A stretch of DNA of 64,000 nt from a virus. Positions 47,375 to 57,319 of the stretch are shown piece after piece; the stretch's first letter is position 1; every line of letters begins with the position of its first letter. The DNA is taken from positions 37,674-101,673 of IMG/VR virus record IMGVR_UViG_3300034284_002638; one strand, given 5' to 3'. The notes below the pieces were generated by a model. That model made no database searches. It was not told the origin of the DNA and worked only from the letters and a program-made list of their open reading frames with translations. The position numbers and the translations under genes were made by a program.

Positions 47375-47510
47375 CCAAAATTTTTGGAAACCTCTATTTT
47401 TTGGCTGAAAAGACGCATTCTTTGATAGATGGGCATTCCGAGAGTACGCATCAAATCTGGGCAGTCTGGGCAATCTGAGAATTCGCTAAATCGCGATTCT
47501 GCCAAGAATC

Positions 47511-48260
47511 TCAAAATACTTGGAGCTGCAAGTTCTCGGAGATGTAGGTGCTCTCGCCGAAATCAAGTTCGAACCACACATCGTAAATTCCGCAATCCAT
47601 GTTGAGTCCCACGGTATCCAGGAAGAAATAACCCTCAGAGTCCCTTCGGTGCTCAACTTGTCCGCCAGAAACAACCATTCTCAAATCTTTTTCTGCCGGA
47701 ACGCACTCTCCGCATGTTTTTTCTATGTAAATCTTTATCGGGCTCGCTATCGCCAAATTTGTATAATACCTTTGCAAGTCCGAGGCGTTGGGAACATTTG
47801 GAATAACTTCCACTGTTAACCATCTTCGCTCACCTTTTCGTATTCTGTTTGGTCTGAAGCCATAAGAAAAATCATAAACGATGGGCATGTCGGATGCATA
47901 CCAAAGATCTGATATGATCTTGAACTCATTGGTCACCGTTCCGGATTGATTTTCATTGAACTGAACATACCATACATCAATGTAGTCCCCAATGACGTAC
48001 ACTTGATCCAAAAGACCTATGGAGACCTTGTAGTGCCCGCCGAAATCGTCAGAAACCGTCTCTATGTCGGGAGATTCAATGGTTCCTATTAGCCTACGGC
48101 CCTCGGGATTGTCTTTTGTTATGCAAGTAGAATCCAATTGGTATATTTCAACTTTAGATACATTCTGCACGCTCTGACGGTGGTTTGAGTTGTAGGTGAA
48201 CATTCTGAGGTTCAAAACATCACCAACCACTGGATTTTGATTTCTTTCCTTTATTGCCAT
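47511..48260 (-). CDS. Hypothetical beta-rich protein, probably structural
   Basis: Two Ig-like-looking halves ending GDYIDVW and GIYDVW; follows the hub/chaperone genes. Confidence 0.65.
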   Translation of the reverse strand: MAIKERNQNPVVGDVLNLRMFTYNSNHRQSVQNVSKVEIYQLDSTCITKDNPEGRRLIGTIESPDIETVSDDFGGHYKVSIGLLDQVYVIGDYIDVWYVQFNENQSGTVTNEFKIISDLWYASDMPIVYDFSYGFRPNRIRKGERRWLTVEVIPNVPNASDLQRYYTNLAIASPIKIYIEKTCGECVPAEKDLRMVVSGGQVEHRRDSEGYFFLDTVGLNMDCGIYDVWFELDFGESTYISENLQLQVF

Positions 48261-48263
48261 GCG

Positions 48264-48431
48264 TTATCTCTTAGTTTTCGCTTTCCTTCTCGCCGACTCC
48301 ATGGCTTCGTTCTCCTTTTCTTTCTGCTGGATGAATCTGCTTATCAGCCATTTTCTTTCATTGATGGGCAAAGACATGAAGTTCTCTCGGCTCTGGTGCA
48401 TGTGGTAGATGAAGAAGAACATCTCCTCCAT
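48264..48431 (-). CDS. Small tail-chaperone partner (gp51/GT-like), probably the -1 frameshift extension of the upstream gene
   Basis: MEEMFFFIYH...FMSLPINERKWLI; frame is open back to the slippery site at 48509-48500; not in the ORF track. Confidence 0.7.
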   Translation of the reverse strand: MEEMFFFIYHMHQSRENFMSLPINERKWLISRFIQQKEKENEAMESARRKAKTKR

Positions 48432-48448
48432 CAAGTTGCTCCAAAGTT

Positions 48449-49579
48449 CTAGGCTTGAGTCCTCGATATCGTATTTTTCTTTCGCTTTGCCCGCGGGAAG
48501 AAAAAATTTGCTTCAAGCGGAAGTTCTATTTCAAAGTCCCTCATTGTGTATGGATTTGTTATGTTTATCTTCGTATCCACGCCGAACGGAGGCTCGTTAA
48601 CAACTGTTCTCAAATAAGCCACATCTTGAATAGGCAACTTCTTTAGAAGCGTCTGTATTTCCAACTTGTCCGTCAGTCCCTCAATTTCCTCTATGAGATG
48701 GGCTGTTCTAAACAACAGTGTGTCATCGGCCTGACCTGAAAGATCAAAGTTCTTAGCCCTTCTTTCTCTGTATTCCTGAATCAACTGCTCATCCTTGCCC
48801 ACAGCCAGCCGATATCGGAACCTATACTCGGTCGTCGGCAGGACATCCTCCAAATTTTCTGGACCAAAATCCTCTGTGCAGTAGTCAACATAAAGGTCGT
48901 TGAGGTTAATGGTGGTTGCAAAGGTCTGATCCGAATCCGGATCCTTCACCTCTACATCGTATTCCGGCGTATACGATATGCCCCTTAAATAAATCAACAT
49001 GTATGTTCTGTCTTGAGTCAAAAAATTAGCCGAGTCGTAGCTTTCCCTCATGCAGCGATTGAAGATCATATTGATGGCTTGCCCCTTCTTGACGAACCGA
49101 GGCGTAGCCAGTATCTCTTCCTCCTCGCCCGTCATGGGGCGCAAGTGGATGACGCCGTCCTTTGGGCCGTTCTCCCCGTCATAAAACTTTCCTTTTGATG
49201 GAAGCTGGATGGGCTCGAACACCATTGTTCCCTTTGTGCCAATCCCAGCAATCAACTCCTCCAACTTGCCACTCCCCGTCACCCTCATTTCTGACTTTCT
49301 GCTCTGTTGGTCGGGCTTGGAGCCTCCCGATCTAGCATCCATCTTCTTGGAGGCCACAGCCTGCTTGAATGCCTCCGGAATCCTTCCCGTGACCTTCACC
49401 CCGGCCTCAGCAGCTGGATTTTCAAGTTCTTTTTCTACTTCGGCCGCAGCACTCTGTCGCATCGCCGCCATCCTCGCCAGTTGCTCAGCAGCATTTTCGT
49501 TTTCCGTATTTTGAAAATCCCCATCTATCTCCTCTTGGGAAATGCTTCTTTTCTGTGGTCTGAAAGTCTCGTCGGCCAT
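48449..49579 (-). CDS. Baseplate hub / tail assembly chaperone (T4 gp26-like)
   Basis: IQLPSKGKFY, LRPMTGEEEEIL, DRTYMLIYLRGISY, C-terminal PLEANFFFP. Confidence 0.75.
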   Translation of the reverse strand: MADETFRPQKRSISQEEIDGDFQNTENENAAEQLARMAAMRQSAAAEVEKELENPAAEAGVKVTGRIPEAFKQAVASKKMDARSGGSKPDQQSRKSEMRVTGSGKLEELIAGIGTKGTMVFEPIQLPSKGKFYDGENGPKDGVIHLRPMTGEEEEILATPRFVKKGQAINMIFNRCMRESYDSANFLTQDRTYMLIYLRGISYTPEYDVEVKDPDSDQTFATTINLNDLYVDYCTEDFGPENLEDVLPTTEYRFRYRLAVGKDEQLIQEYRERRAKNFDLSGQADDTLLFRTAHLIEEIEGLTDKLEIQTLLKKLPIQDVAYLRTVVNEPPFGVDTKINITNPYTMRDFEIELPLEANFFFPRAKRKKNTISRTQA

Positions 49580-49622
49580 TTTTTCTCCTTTAGATTTTAC
49601 GGGTGAAGTATTCTATTAGAGA

Positions 49623-49985
49623 GTGATAAGGATAAATTTTCAAAATGTGGAAGATCTTATTTTCCACGACAAAGAAGCGTGGAAAAACATGCCCGACTTG
49701 GTTTATCTGCGCGACCAATGGAGGATGAGCAAAATGAGCCCCATGCTAAGGGCTCTCGGAAGGAAATCTTTGTTGGATTTCCTTCGTTCCGCAAAGGATA
49801 GGCATGAAGATGTACTGTCACTTTATTTCAAAGATACAGTGACTATTGATAAAATAGATCGCCACCTTGTTAAGAACATAGAGTTCGGCCTGGACGACGA
49901 GCCCGAACTTGAGTTTGCTGAGATCTATTCTGGATTTTCCACTTTCAGAAAAAAAGATAAGATACATATTACATTCTGGAGATAG
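49623..49985 (+). CDS. Hypothetical protein
   Basis: GTG-start ORF heading a + strand operon. Confidence 0.65.
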   Translation: MIRINFQNVEDLIFHDKEAWKNMPDLVYLRDQWRMSKMSPMLRALGRKSLLDFLRSAKDRHEDVLSLYFKDTVTIDKIDRHLVKNIEFGLDDEPELEFAEIYSGFSTFRKKDKIHITFWR

Positions 49986-49988
49986 TTA

Positions 49989-50309
49989 ATGGATTCTTTT
50001 ACTTCATTTTTACTGTTCGCTCTTTCTGTCATAGGAATGACCAACATCATTGTAGATCCGGCCTACATCATGCAGCCTGCTAGAGACTTCATAGAAAAAA
50101 GATGCCACCCTTGGGTCAACAAACTGGTTTCTTGCTACCAATGTTCTGGAACATGGGTCGGCTTCTTGTTCGGATACATATTGATCGGAAAAGATCCTCT
50201 TGTGGTTTTTTCTTGTGGCATGGCAGGAAGTTTTTTGGCCACTCTTTCGGCCACATATATGAACTATCTAGAGGCGAAAAGCGTCGTGGAAACAAACTTT
50301 AATGAGTAA
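49989..50309 (+). CDS. DUF1360-like membrane protein
   Basis: KLVSCYQCSGTWVG between hydrophobic helices. Confidence 0.7.
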   Translation: MDSFTSFLLFALSVIGMTNIIVDPAYIMQPARDFIEKRCHPWVNKLVSCYQCSGTWVGFLFGYILIGKDPLVVFSCGMAGSFLATLSATYMNYLEAKSVVETNFNE

Positions 50310-50586
50310 AAAGCAAATACTACTTTGCGATTATTGCGGGTGGAAAAAGATCTGCGACCAAGGATCGTCGGGCTTGCATGAGCTAAAGAACGACACGCTC
50401 AGCAGTAAGAAGTTCAGATGCCCAAACTGTGGGCGAGCCGTATCCGCCAGGTCTTTTAAAGACCCGCAAGGCGAAGCCGACAGGAAGTCCCATGAAACAA
50501 AAATTGAAGAAGACAATAAAAAGTGGATGGAAGAAAACACGCAGTTTCAAGAAAAGTTCCTAAAGGAGACGCAAGATGAGCAATGA
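50302..50586 (+). CDS. Zinc-ribbon hypothetical protein
   Basis: CDYCG...CPNCG. Confidence 0.7.
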   Translation: MSKKQILLCDYCGWKKICDQGSSGLHELKNDTLSSKKFRCPNCGRAVSARSFKDPQGEADRKSHETKIEEDNKKWMEENTQFQEKFLKETQDEQ

Positions 50587-50962
50587 AAAGAAGATAACGC
50601 TAATAGATGTGAAGAAGGCACTCAAGGACTCAAGATTCAGGCTGACGCTCCCGAAAGAGATGGAGAAGGAAGTCGATGAATTCTTGAATAATCCCGGGTG
50701 TGCCTGCCATGTTCCCCTTTACAAGAAAATTGTGAAAGAATGTAAAGACCAACTGCGAAAATATTATCCAAACATGGATGTGCCAGACCATGAGGAGGAA
50801 GTCAAAAAGTTAGCCGAGAACAGTTGGTCTGTAATAAACTGCCACATAGACGAACTCGAGAAGAAACTCAGCAAACTTGGACCCGGACGAAAGCAATTAG
50901 ATGTGGCAAGATGGGAAGACCAAGTCACCGTTGTCGTAAACGATCTGGATATTATCTTCTAG
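50576..50962 (+). CDS. Hypothetical protein
   Basis: Overlapping start; NPGCAC motif. Confidence 0.7.
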   Translation: MSNEKKITLIDVKKALKDSRFRLTLPKEMEKEVDEFLNNPGCACHVPLYKKIVKECKDQLRKYYPNMDVPDHEEEVKKLAENSWSVINCHIDELEKKLSKLGPGRKQLDVARWEDQVTVVVNDLDIIF

Positions 50963-51207
50963 TCGCTGGAAGGGACTTCTAAATTTATTGCTATATCGTC
51001 ACGCCAGTCCGAACGATGAAGAACGCAATCCTTGATTCTTTTGCTTATGAAGATATTTTTTTCAGCCATCAAATCAATGAGTTCATGATTTTGCTCAACT
51101 AATTCAAGACATTTTTTCCTTGCTTGTTCGTAATTATCCGCTGCCAATTCAATAGTTTCTTCGCAACAGCAGCCGAAATAAATTATGGAGACCTTGAATT
51201 TCTTCAA
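50959..51207 (-). CDS. Hypothetical protein
   Basis: AAGGAGG Shine-Dalgarno before TTG. Confidence 0.55.
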   Translation of the reverse strand: MKKFKVSIIYFGCCCEETIELAADNYEQARKKCLELVEQNHELIDLMAEKNIFISKRIKDCVLHRSDWRDDIAINLEVPSSD

Positions 51208-51242
51208 TACAACCTCCTTGTATATCTTTATATATCCAAGAT

Positions 51243-52172
51243 TCAGATTGTTTTTTGCACTATGAATTTTGATTGACTAATTAACTGTTGGATATTTTCT
51301 ATCATTTTTTTGGGGTATTCTTTATATTTTGATATTTCTATGGGAAAAGAATCCTTGCTTAGTCTTCTTTTTCCTATTATGATTGAATTTTCATACATTC
51401 GTCTTGCCTTTTCGTATTTTTGATCCTTGTATAAAATGTCCCCCAACAGACACCAGAACTCGGAGAATGTTGGGCAAACTGAAAGGCACGATAGTGCGTT
51501 CTTTGTCGCTTCATTTAGGTTGCCCGTGTGTAAATGCACTTGGGCCATATAGTACCTCAGAAGTATTCCCGATGCGCCCGCCTTAGAATCCATTATCAAA
51601 TACTGATCCGCAAAAGAAAAGAACTCTTTGTACATTCTGTTGGCCAGACACGAACAAGCCATGTAGTAGTAAGGATCCGGCGAGGTTGGCTTTCTGGAGA
51701 TCCATTCCCTACAGATAGACATCTTTTCATTTCGATTGTCGGGCTGAACCCCTGACAAAATAACTACATTCGGGTCGCAATCTGCCGTGTCGTCGACCAA
51801 GGTTTCATATATCGGATTGACGAACTTGATATCCCTCCAAATCCTTATTTCCTTAGATACAATCCCTCCTTGTACAACATATATTCTTGTTGTTCTTTCG
51901 TAATTTTTAATTTTTTCAGCCCCACTAGCCAACACCTCCCACGGATCCAAATAAAGGTTCATGCCTTCGGCGGCCAAATTGTTCCTGACCTTGGCGTAAT
52001 CTCCGTCAAACCGGACTGGAATCACTTCTGCTCCGTATTCGGCACAAATCCGATCTGTTCCGTCCGTAGACCCCAGATTGCCGACTACAATTCTGCCGAT
52101 CCCGGCCAAAGAATCCAAGGTCTTTTTAATGGTTTTGGAGTTATTCTTGATTAGAATTTGTACTGTCAGCAT
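51243..52172 (-). CDS. GT2-like glycosyltransferase with C-terminal TPR repeats
   Basis: LTVQILIKN...GSTDGT...RN...LDPWE (degenerate DxD); TPR-like SEFWCLLGDILY. Confidence 0.75.
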   Translation of the reverse strand: MLTVQILIKNNSKTIKKTLDSLAGIGRIVVGNLGSTDGTDRICAEYGAEVIPVRFDGDYAKVRNNLAAEGMNLYLDPWEVLASGAEKIKNYERTTRIYVVQGGIVSKEIRIWRDIKFVNPIYETLVDDTADCDPNVVILSGVQPDNRNEKMSICREWISRKPTSPDPYYYMACSCLANRMYKEFFSFADQYLIMDSKAGASGILLRYYMAQVHLHTGNLNEATKNALSCLSVCPTFSEFWCLLGDILYKDQKYEKARRMYENSIIIGKRRLSKDSFPIEISKYKEYPKKMIENIQQLISQSKFIVQKTI

Positions 52173-52332
52173 TGAATTTTTCTCTTAAAATTAACTCCAT
52201 GGCCTCCGCCTCTTTTTCCATGCCCATGGCCAAGTAGTGGCTCTTAAGATCCTCGTATCCTTTTTCTGCAAATGGATTTTCCAAAATGAATAAAAGTGAC
52301 GAAAAAATCGCCTCATAATTGGATTTCTCCAT
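52141..52332 (-). CDS. Hypothetical protein
   Basis: AAGGAG Shine-Dalgarno. Confidence 0.6.
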   Translation of the reverse strand: MEKSNYEAIFSSLLFILENPFAEKGYEDLKSHYLAMGMEKEAEAMELILREKFNADSTNSNQE

Positions 52333-52407
52333 TTTTTCTCCTTTAGTTCATCACTATTATAGGGGTGCATATTACTTTTAGATAAGGCCTATGCCATCTG
52401 GAGGACA

Positions 52408-52944
52408 ATGAATGAATATTTGAACAACAAGACCTTTGAAAGCATTATAAATCAATTTCAAGATTCCAAGAGGGAAAAGCAGAGGCTTTTGATAATCATA
52501 GACGAGATAAAAGGCACATTAGACAGAAAAAAAATCAGGAAGGTCAAAAACAACTATAACAAATCGCTTTTGAAGGCCAAAGAAGATCTTCTCAGAGAGA
52601 CGGACGCAAGCCACGAAGACTCAAAGCAAAAGTTGGCCGTCGCCTTCTTCACACTTTCTGAAAACATAGTCAGATACGCCAAATTCCAACTCATAGACGC
52701 GGACGACGCAATACAAGAGGGCGTAATGATATGCTTTGACAAAATAGGAAGGTTTGACTCGAGGAAGGGAAAGGCCTTCAACTACATGACTACATGCATA
52801 CTTAACCACTTCAGACAACTCTACAGAACGGCAAGAAACTATAACGAACTTAAGAAAAAATACTTAAATCATATGCAGATGATTGAGGGAAACTCTTCGT
52901 TCAAAAATGGAAAGGTTCTGTTTGATAACAACAACCATTCATAA
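52408..52944 (+). CDS. Phage late sigma factor (T4 gp55-like)
   Basis: YLNNK, DDAIQEGVMICF...FDSRKGKAFNYMTTCILNHF; no region 4 visible. Confidence 0.75.
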   Translation: MNEYLNNKTFESIINQFQDSKREKQRLLIIIDEIKGTLDRKKIRKVKNNYNKSLLKAKEDLLRETDASHEDSKQKLAVAFFTLSENIVRYAKFQLIDADDAIQEGVMICFDKIGRFDSRKGKAFNYMTTCILNHFRQLYRTARNYNELKKKYLNHMQMIEGNSSFKNGKVLFDNNNHS

Positions 52945-52987
52945 AAGTGGTGTTGATTTGTTTTGCATAATGTGTAATATTTAATTC

Positions 52988-53212
52988 ATGAGCAATATAG
53001 ACCACATTGAAAGACAAGAGTTGATTAAGAAACTCATAGAAAATGGCTATGAGGACATAGTCAATGCCCTTCTGGATGATGAAAAGAAGGTATACACCAA
53101 GAAAGGCAGACTTAACAAAAGCGGAGCATGCCGCAAGTTGAAGTTAAAGGCCAAGCAACTAGAAGATAAGCTTGCGGAAATGCGAGAACTTCTAAAGAAA
53201 GATATGGACTGA
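52988..53212 (+). CDS. Small HTH-like hypothetical protein
   Basis: YTKKGRLNKSGACRKL; adjacent to the sigma gene. Confidence 0.6.
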   Translation: MSNIDHIERQELIKKLIENGYEDIVNALLDDEKKVYTKKGRLNKSGACRKLKLKAKQLEDKLAEMRELLKKDMD

Positions 53213-53218
53213 TCCTAG

Positions 53219-53791
53219 CTAGGCCAGACTTGTCCCCGCACGCGGATTAATGTCCCCAGTGAACAAGGCGCCTGTTTGCGAACAATCTTTGGTGTATGCC
53301 CTGTCGTACCTCAAGGTCATTTCCACCGTAACATAGTCTTGGTTGCTCATATCCAGATCCCCCCATTCTATGTTGTTGGGCCAAATATTGCTGAATACCC
53401 ATTCCTCCATGACCAATCCGCAGCCATTGTACATCCTAAGGCGACCTGTCTTCTTGAAGGCCCCAGGAACCGGAGCTCTCCATGTGCCTTTGTCATCACA
53501 AGGCTCATAAATTTGCTTCAACCATTGAAATATAGGATTTTTATTTCCCTTTAGATCAAAAAGCGTCAAATTTATAGGCTTCCAGTCGGGCTTTCCAGGA
53601 AAGTATATAGTCTCGTTTAGGTGTTGTGCCTCTATTTCCTTGAAGTTAAGGCTGGGTCTAGCCGCCTTGTCCGGAGGCAATGCGTCCGTTCCGTCGTCAC
53701 AAACCCCGTCTATAAAGAAAAGCCAACGGAACTTGCGCATCATGCATAAGTTTTCGCTACCCAGTCTCCCAAGACCCATTTTTTGAGCCAT
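53219..53791 (-). CDS. Tail tube protein, paralog 2 (gp19-like)
   Basis: ARPSLNF, YFPGKPDW, IWP...WGDLD, MTLRYD. Confidence 0.85.
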   Translation of the reverse strand: MAQKMGLGRLGSENLCMMRKFRWLFFIDGVCDDGTDALPPDKAARPSLNFKEIEAQHLNETIYFPGKPDWKPINLTLFDLKGNKNPIFQWLKQIYEPCDDKGTWRAPVPGAFKKTGRLRMYNGCGLVMEEWVFSNIWPNNIEWGDLDMSNQDYVTVEMTLRYDRAYTKDCSQTGALFTGDINPRAGTSLA

Positions 53792-53823
53792 ATTTCCTCC
53801 AATTTAAATATAGTCTGTAAATA

Positions 53824-53853
53824 AAAAAGGCCAGCGTTTCCGCTGGCCTTTTT
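53824..53853. terminator. Bidirectional intrinsic terminator
   Basis: aaaaaggccagcg-tttc-cgctggccttttt. Confidence 0.8.
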
Positions 53854-53877
53854 GTTTCATATTTTACATCATCAATA

Positions 53878-54558
53878 TCAACGAACGGGATCCCCAGTGA
53901 GACCAACCGAGGGCAGAGTTGTCGCTGCGGCCCCGCCGGCGTTCAATCCCATGAGGCTGCCAGCCTGCGTGCTGCATGGGCAGCAGCTGGATCTAGGATC
54001 TCTTCCGCACAGGTTCTTGTATGAAACATTGGAGTATCTGATTGTGACTTCAACAGTGGCCTCCTCGGACGAAGAATAGTCCAACTCGCCGAAATTTACG
54101 GCTTGAGGCCAACAATCACCCAGAGTCCATCTTTCCATGGGATCTCCGCAACCTGTGTACATGGTGCAGATACCAATTCCGGCATAGCAATTTCTTCTAG
54201 AGTTTTGCTGGAGGCCTAGCGGATCGGTGAAGTTATAGACATCGGCAAGCCAGTCCCACAAGGGCATGTTATCGTCACCGCTCACATCGTAATATGTGAC
54301 GGTGATAGTCTCCCAGGTCCCCTTGCCAGGAATGTAAGTCTTTCCATTGAGGAAGTTTATTTCAGTTTCTTCTATAGAAACATTCGGGCGAGCAGCCATT
54401 TTTACGAAACTCGCCGGAACATCTTGTTTGGCAGCTAGCACTCCGCTGCCAGGCCCGCCGCTTCCGCCACTCCTTCTGACCTCAAAAGTCCATCTAAACT
54501 TTCTCTTGTGGGTGACTTGATCTCCGCCCAACCTTCCCAAACCCATTTGAATCGCCAT
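53878..54558 (-). CDS. Tail tube protein, paralog 1 (gp19-like)
   Basis: ARPNV, YIPGKGTWE, CWPQAVNFGELDY, VTIRY; directly after the sheath. Confidence 0.88.
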   Translation of the reverse strand: MAIQMGLGRLGGDQVTHKRKFRWTFEVRRSGGSGGPGSGVLAAKQDVPASFVKMAARPNVSIEETEINFLNGKTYIPGKGTWETITVTYYDVSGDDNMPLWDWLADVYNFTDPLGLQQNSRRNCYAGIGICTMYTGCGDPMERWTLGDCWPQAVNFGELDYSSSEEATVEVTIRYSNVSYKNLCGRDPRSSCCPCSTQAGSLMGLNAGGAAATTLPSVGLTGDPVR

Positions 54559-54588
54559 TTTTATCTCCTCTTTTTATGATTTCTCTTA

Positions 54589-57315
54589 TCAGAAGGTGTT
54601 CGAACCGGCATCGAAACTTCCAGTCCTGTGGATGCTAAACTCAAGGAACATGAATTCCACGGCCCTTGTCGGCTGCACGCCGATTCTTGCCCTGAATTCA
54701 TTCCTGTCAATAACGTCAGGCGTGTTGAGTTCCTCGTCCGCCTTAATGATGAACGCCGTCAGACCTCTCGCTATCTGCACCTCACGCAAGATCCTCGTGG
54801 CTATCTCGATGAACTTCTGGCGGAAGATTTCGTCATGCGGCTCGAACAACAATGTTCTCGAGGCGGCCCTGATTCTCTTCTCTATCGCAAACATAAGCCT
54901 TCTCACATTTACGCGATCCAAGGCTGTAGGCTTGCGCTGCAGCGTTTTCTGACCCCAAACGACATAGTCCTGGAAGTCCGCGTACTGGACGATAGGATTG
55001 ATGGCGTTTCTGTTGCCGTACATCAAGTCCCTCTCTTCCAATGTCGGCCTGCTGAACACATCAGTGATTCCGGGCACCACGCCACGGTTCACGCCGGCGG
55101 GAGCAAACCAAGGAGCAGAAAGATTATCGCTCCTGGCGTAGACCGCCATGATGGAACCCGAGGGCGGAACCCAAACATCAACATTGTTGAAGGTGTCGCG
55201 AATCCTGACCCACGGCCAGTAAAGAGCCGCGAAATCCGAGTCGAATCTCGTCGTGTTCAGAGGATGGGCGCCGTTCTGCCAGTGGATTATCTCTTGAACT
55301 GTAAGTCCGAACGGAGCGTCCACTATGGCCATGCAGTCCATTCTCATGTTCTGGCACATGTCAATCATTGCGAGGACGACACCCGTGGATGTATGACCAG
55401 GAACGGCGACCAGATCTATGTCGATCTGCTCCGGCTCGCTCAAGGCATATATTCCCGTGTATCCGACCATGTTTCCGATGAGGAAGTAATCCTGGTCGTC
55501 CGGATCCGACGGTATACCGTCCGAACCGCCCGACAGATCATATGTTCCATCAAGCGGCGGCGACGGGTTGCTCGTATTATCAACGGCCCTAACAAAGTCA
55601 GAAACTAGGCTCAAGAATGTTTCAACATAGAATCTGCTTGTTTCATCCTTTGTCAGATTTCCCCAAGATTCAACTTGGACTCCATTGTTGTAAACTTCCA
55701 TTATGAAGTTTCCTTCCCTGACATTGTTTCTGACCACGACCTGGGTCGAGTTTCCGTCGATTCCAGGGGAATCGGCAGTGAGCGTGACAGAAACATCTCC
55801 GAACCTATTTGAATCTCCGTTAATTACGCCATAGCTTGATACGGCCGCGGCACCACTGACTCCTCTCGGCGCGCTGCCGGAGGCTGTGATGTACAAGCCC
55901 TTGTTGGATCCGTTAGAGTCAACAACGGCCGGATTGGCCGGATCCAAAAGCGGAGCGTTGAAACCGAACAAATTGAATGTAGAACTTTCGTTCTTGACTA
56001 TAATCCTTGCGTCGTTGCCCGAGTGTAGTGTTCTGAGCGAAACATAGTCACCTACGGAAATCGCCTCAAAACCACCAGGAATAGAACCTGAGTTTATCTG
56101 GTCGTTGATCTCGTCAACCACATCTTCAGCGGTAGCGGCCGAATTGGTGGCCAAGGTAGAAAGATCAATCACTTGAACGACATTGTCAATTAGCACATTG
56201 TCGGTACCATCCAGCACGACTTGCAGATCATACTCATCAAGCGATGTGAAATTGAAATTAGCGGCTGTGCTTCCCGTGAACTGAGCGGGCTCCATTCCGC
56301 TACCCAGCCCTGTCGCTCCTTCCGGACCACATAGGGAATCTTGCACGGACACAAGTTCCAGAACGGCTCTAGGACCGAACGAAAAGGTTGTTCTCAATCC
56401 TATTCTTGATGTCGTATAGGTGTTCGTGTACTTGTAGTCAACAGATATTCTGTTGGCTCCTGCAGAAAGCGAATTCTGATATGTAAGTGTTATGTTTCCG
56501 TTCGGATTGTCAATAGATCCAGCTATGGCCTTGTTTGAAGGCGAAGCAACTATCGTCTTGAAGGAAAACACGCCGCTATCATTTACTTTGAATGTCTGAA
56601 CAACAGTCCCGTCTATGACAATTCTGCCGGTTACCGAACCAGGAACGAGGCCTCCATTTCCGAGGCTGAATGTTACTTGGCTATCTGTTTCCGAAGTTGT
56701 CTGAATTTCTGCTTCTATGAGACTTGTTGTTTCATTTGTAGCGAAGAACTCTATTCCGTCCACCGAAGCATCCAGTTGTACATTGAGATCGTCCGCCAAC
56801 TGAGTGGCTGTGTATCCGCCCGACTGAACGAGAGGATCTGGATGATTGGCATTAGCTAGGGCGACGAGCGTCTTGGAAGCAAGCACGCCGTTTAGCCTCC
56901 ACCTGAAGTACATGTCCTTGCTCAAGTTGTATGGTCCGGCTTGGCTCGAGACGAACACAACTTCGCCACCGGCAGAAGGAAGTTCGACCTGAGCCGTACG
57001 GGCGCGCTCCCAGCTCACTGCGTCGGTGTCAGCCACGCGTACGATATAAAGTTCCGTAGCAACCAACAAGTACTGCTGGGCAGCATAGATGAGGTAAGGA
57101 TCGCCAGCCTCTGGATGAGGATATCCGAACACAGTATTTAACTGCCTTGTGGACTGGATCAATGTGGGAACATTGATTGGACCCTTGCTGGCAAAGCCGA
57201 CCAAACCGGCCCTGTGAAAGGACTGGTCTGGAGCGATGAAGCTCAGATCTTTCTCGGTTATTCTTACCGAGGGCGAAATTGTGTTGGACGGCGGAAAGCC
57301 CTTTAGGATTGCCAT
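54589..57315 (-). CDS. Contractile tail sheath protein (gp18-like)
   Basis: SPSVRITEKD, GFASKGP, ALYWPW, PWFAPAG, INPI, WGQKTL, RVNVRRL. Confidence 0.95.
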   Translation of the reverse strand: MAILKGFPPSNTISPSVRITEKDLSFIAPDQSFHRAGLVGFASKGPINVPTLIQSTRQLNTVFGYPHPEAGDPYLIYAAQQYLLVATELYIVRVADTDAVSWERARTAQVELPSAGGEVVFVSSQAGPYNLSKDMYFRWRLNGVLASKTLVALANANHPDPLVQSGGYTATQLADDLNVQLDASVDGIEFFATNETTSLIEAEIQTTSETDSQVTFSLGNGGLVPGSVTGRIVIDGTVVQTFKVNDSGVFSFKTIVASPSNKAIAGSIDNPNGNITLTYQNSLSAGANRISVDYKYTNTYTTSRIGLRTTFSFGPRAVLELVSVQDSLCGPEGATGLGSGMEPAQFTGSTAANFNFTSLDEYDLQVVLDGTDNVLIDNVVQVIDLSTLATNSAATAEDVVDEINDQINSGSIPGGFEAISVGDYVSLRTLHSGNDARIIVKNESSTFNLFGFNAPLLDPANPAVVDSNGSNKGLYITASGSAPRGVSGAAAVSSYGVINGDSNRFGDVSVTLTADSPGIDGNSTQVVVRNNVREGNFIMEVYNNGVQVESWGNLTKDETSRFYVETFLSLVSDFVRAVDNTSNPSPPLDGTYDLSGGSDGIPSDPDDQDYFLIGNMVGYTGIYALSEPEQIDIDLVAVPGHTSTGVVLAMIDMCQNMRMDCMAIVDAPFGLTVQEIIHWQNGAHPLNTTRFDSDFAALYWPWVRIRDTFNNVDVWVPPSGSIMAVYARSDNLSAPWFAPAGVNRGVVPGITDVFSRPTLEERDLMYGNRNAINPIVQYADFQDYVVWGQKTLQRKPTALDRVNVRRLMFAIEKRIRAASRTLLFEPHDEIFRQKFIEIATRILREVQIARGLTAFIIKADEELNTPDVIDRNEFRARIGVQPTRAVEFMFLEFSIHRTGSFDAGSNTF

Positions 57316-57319
57316 GACT

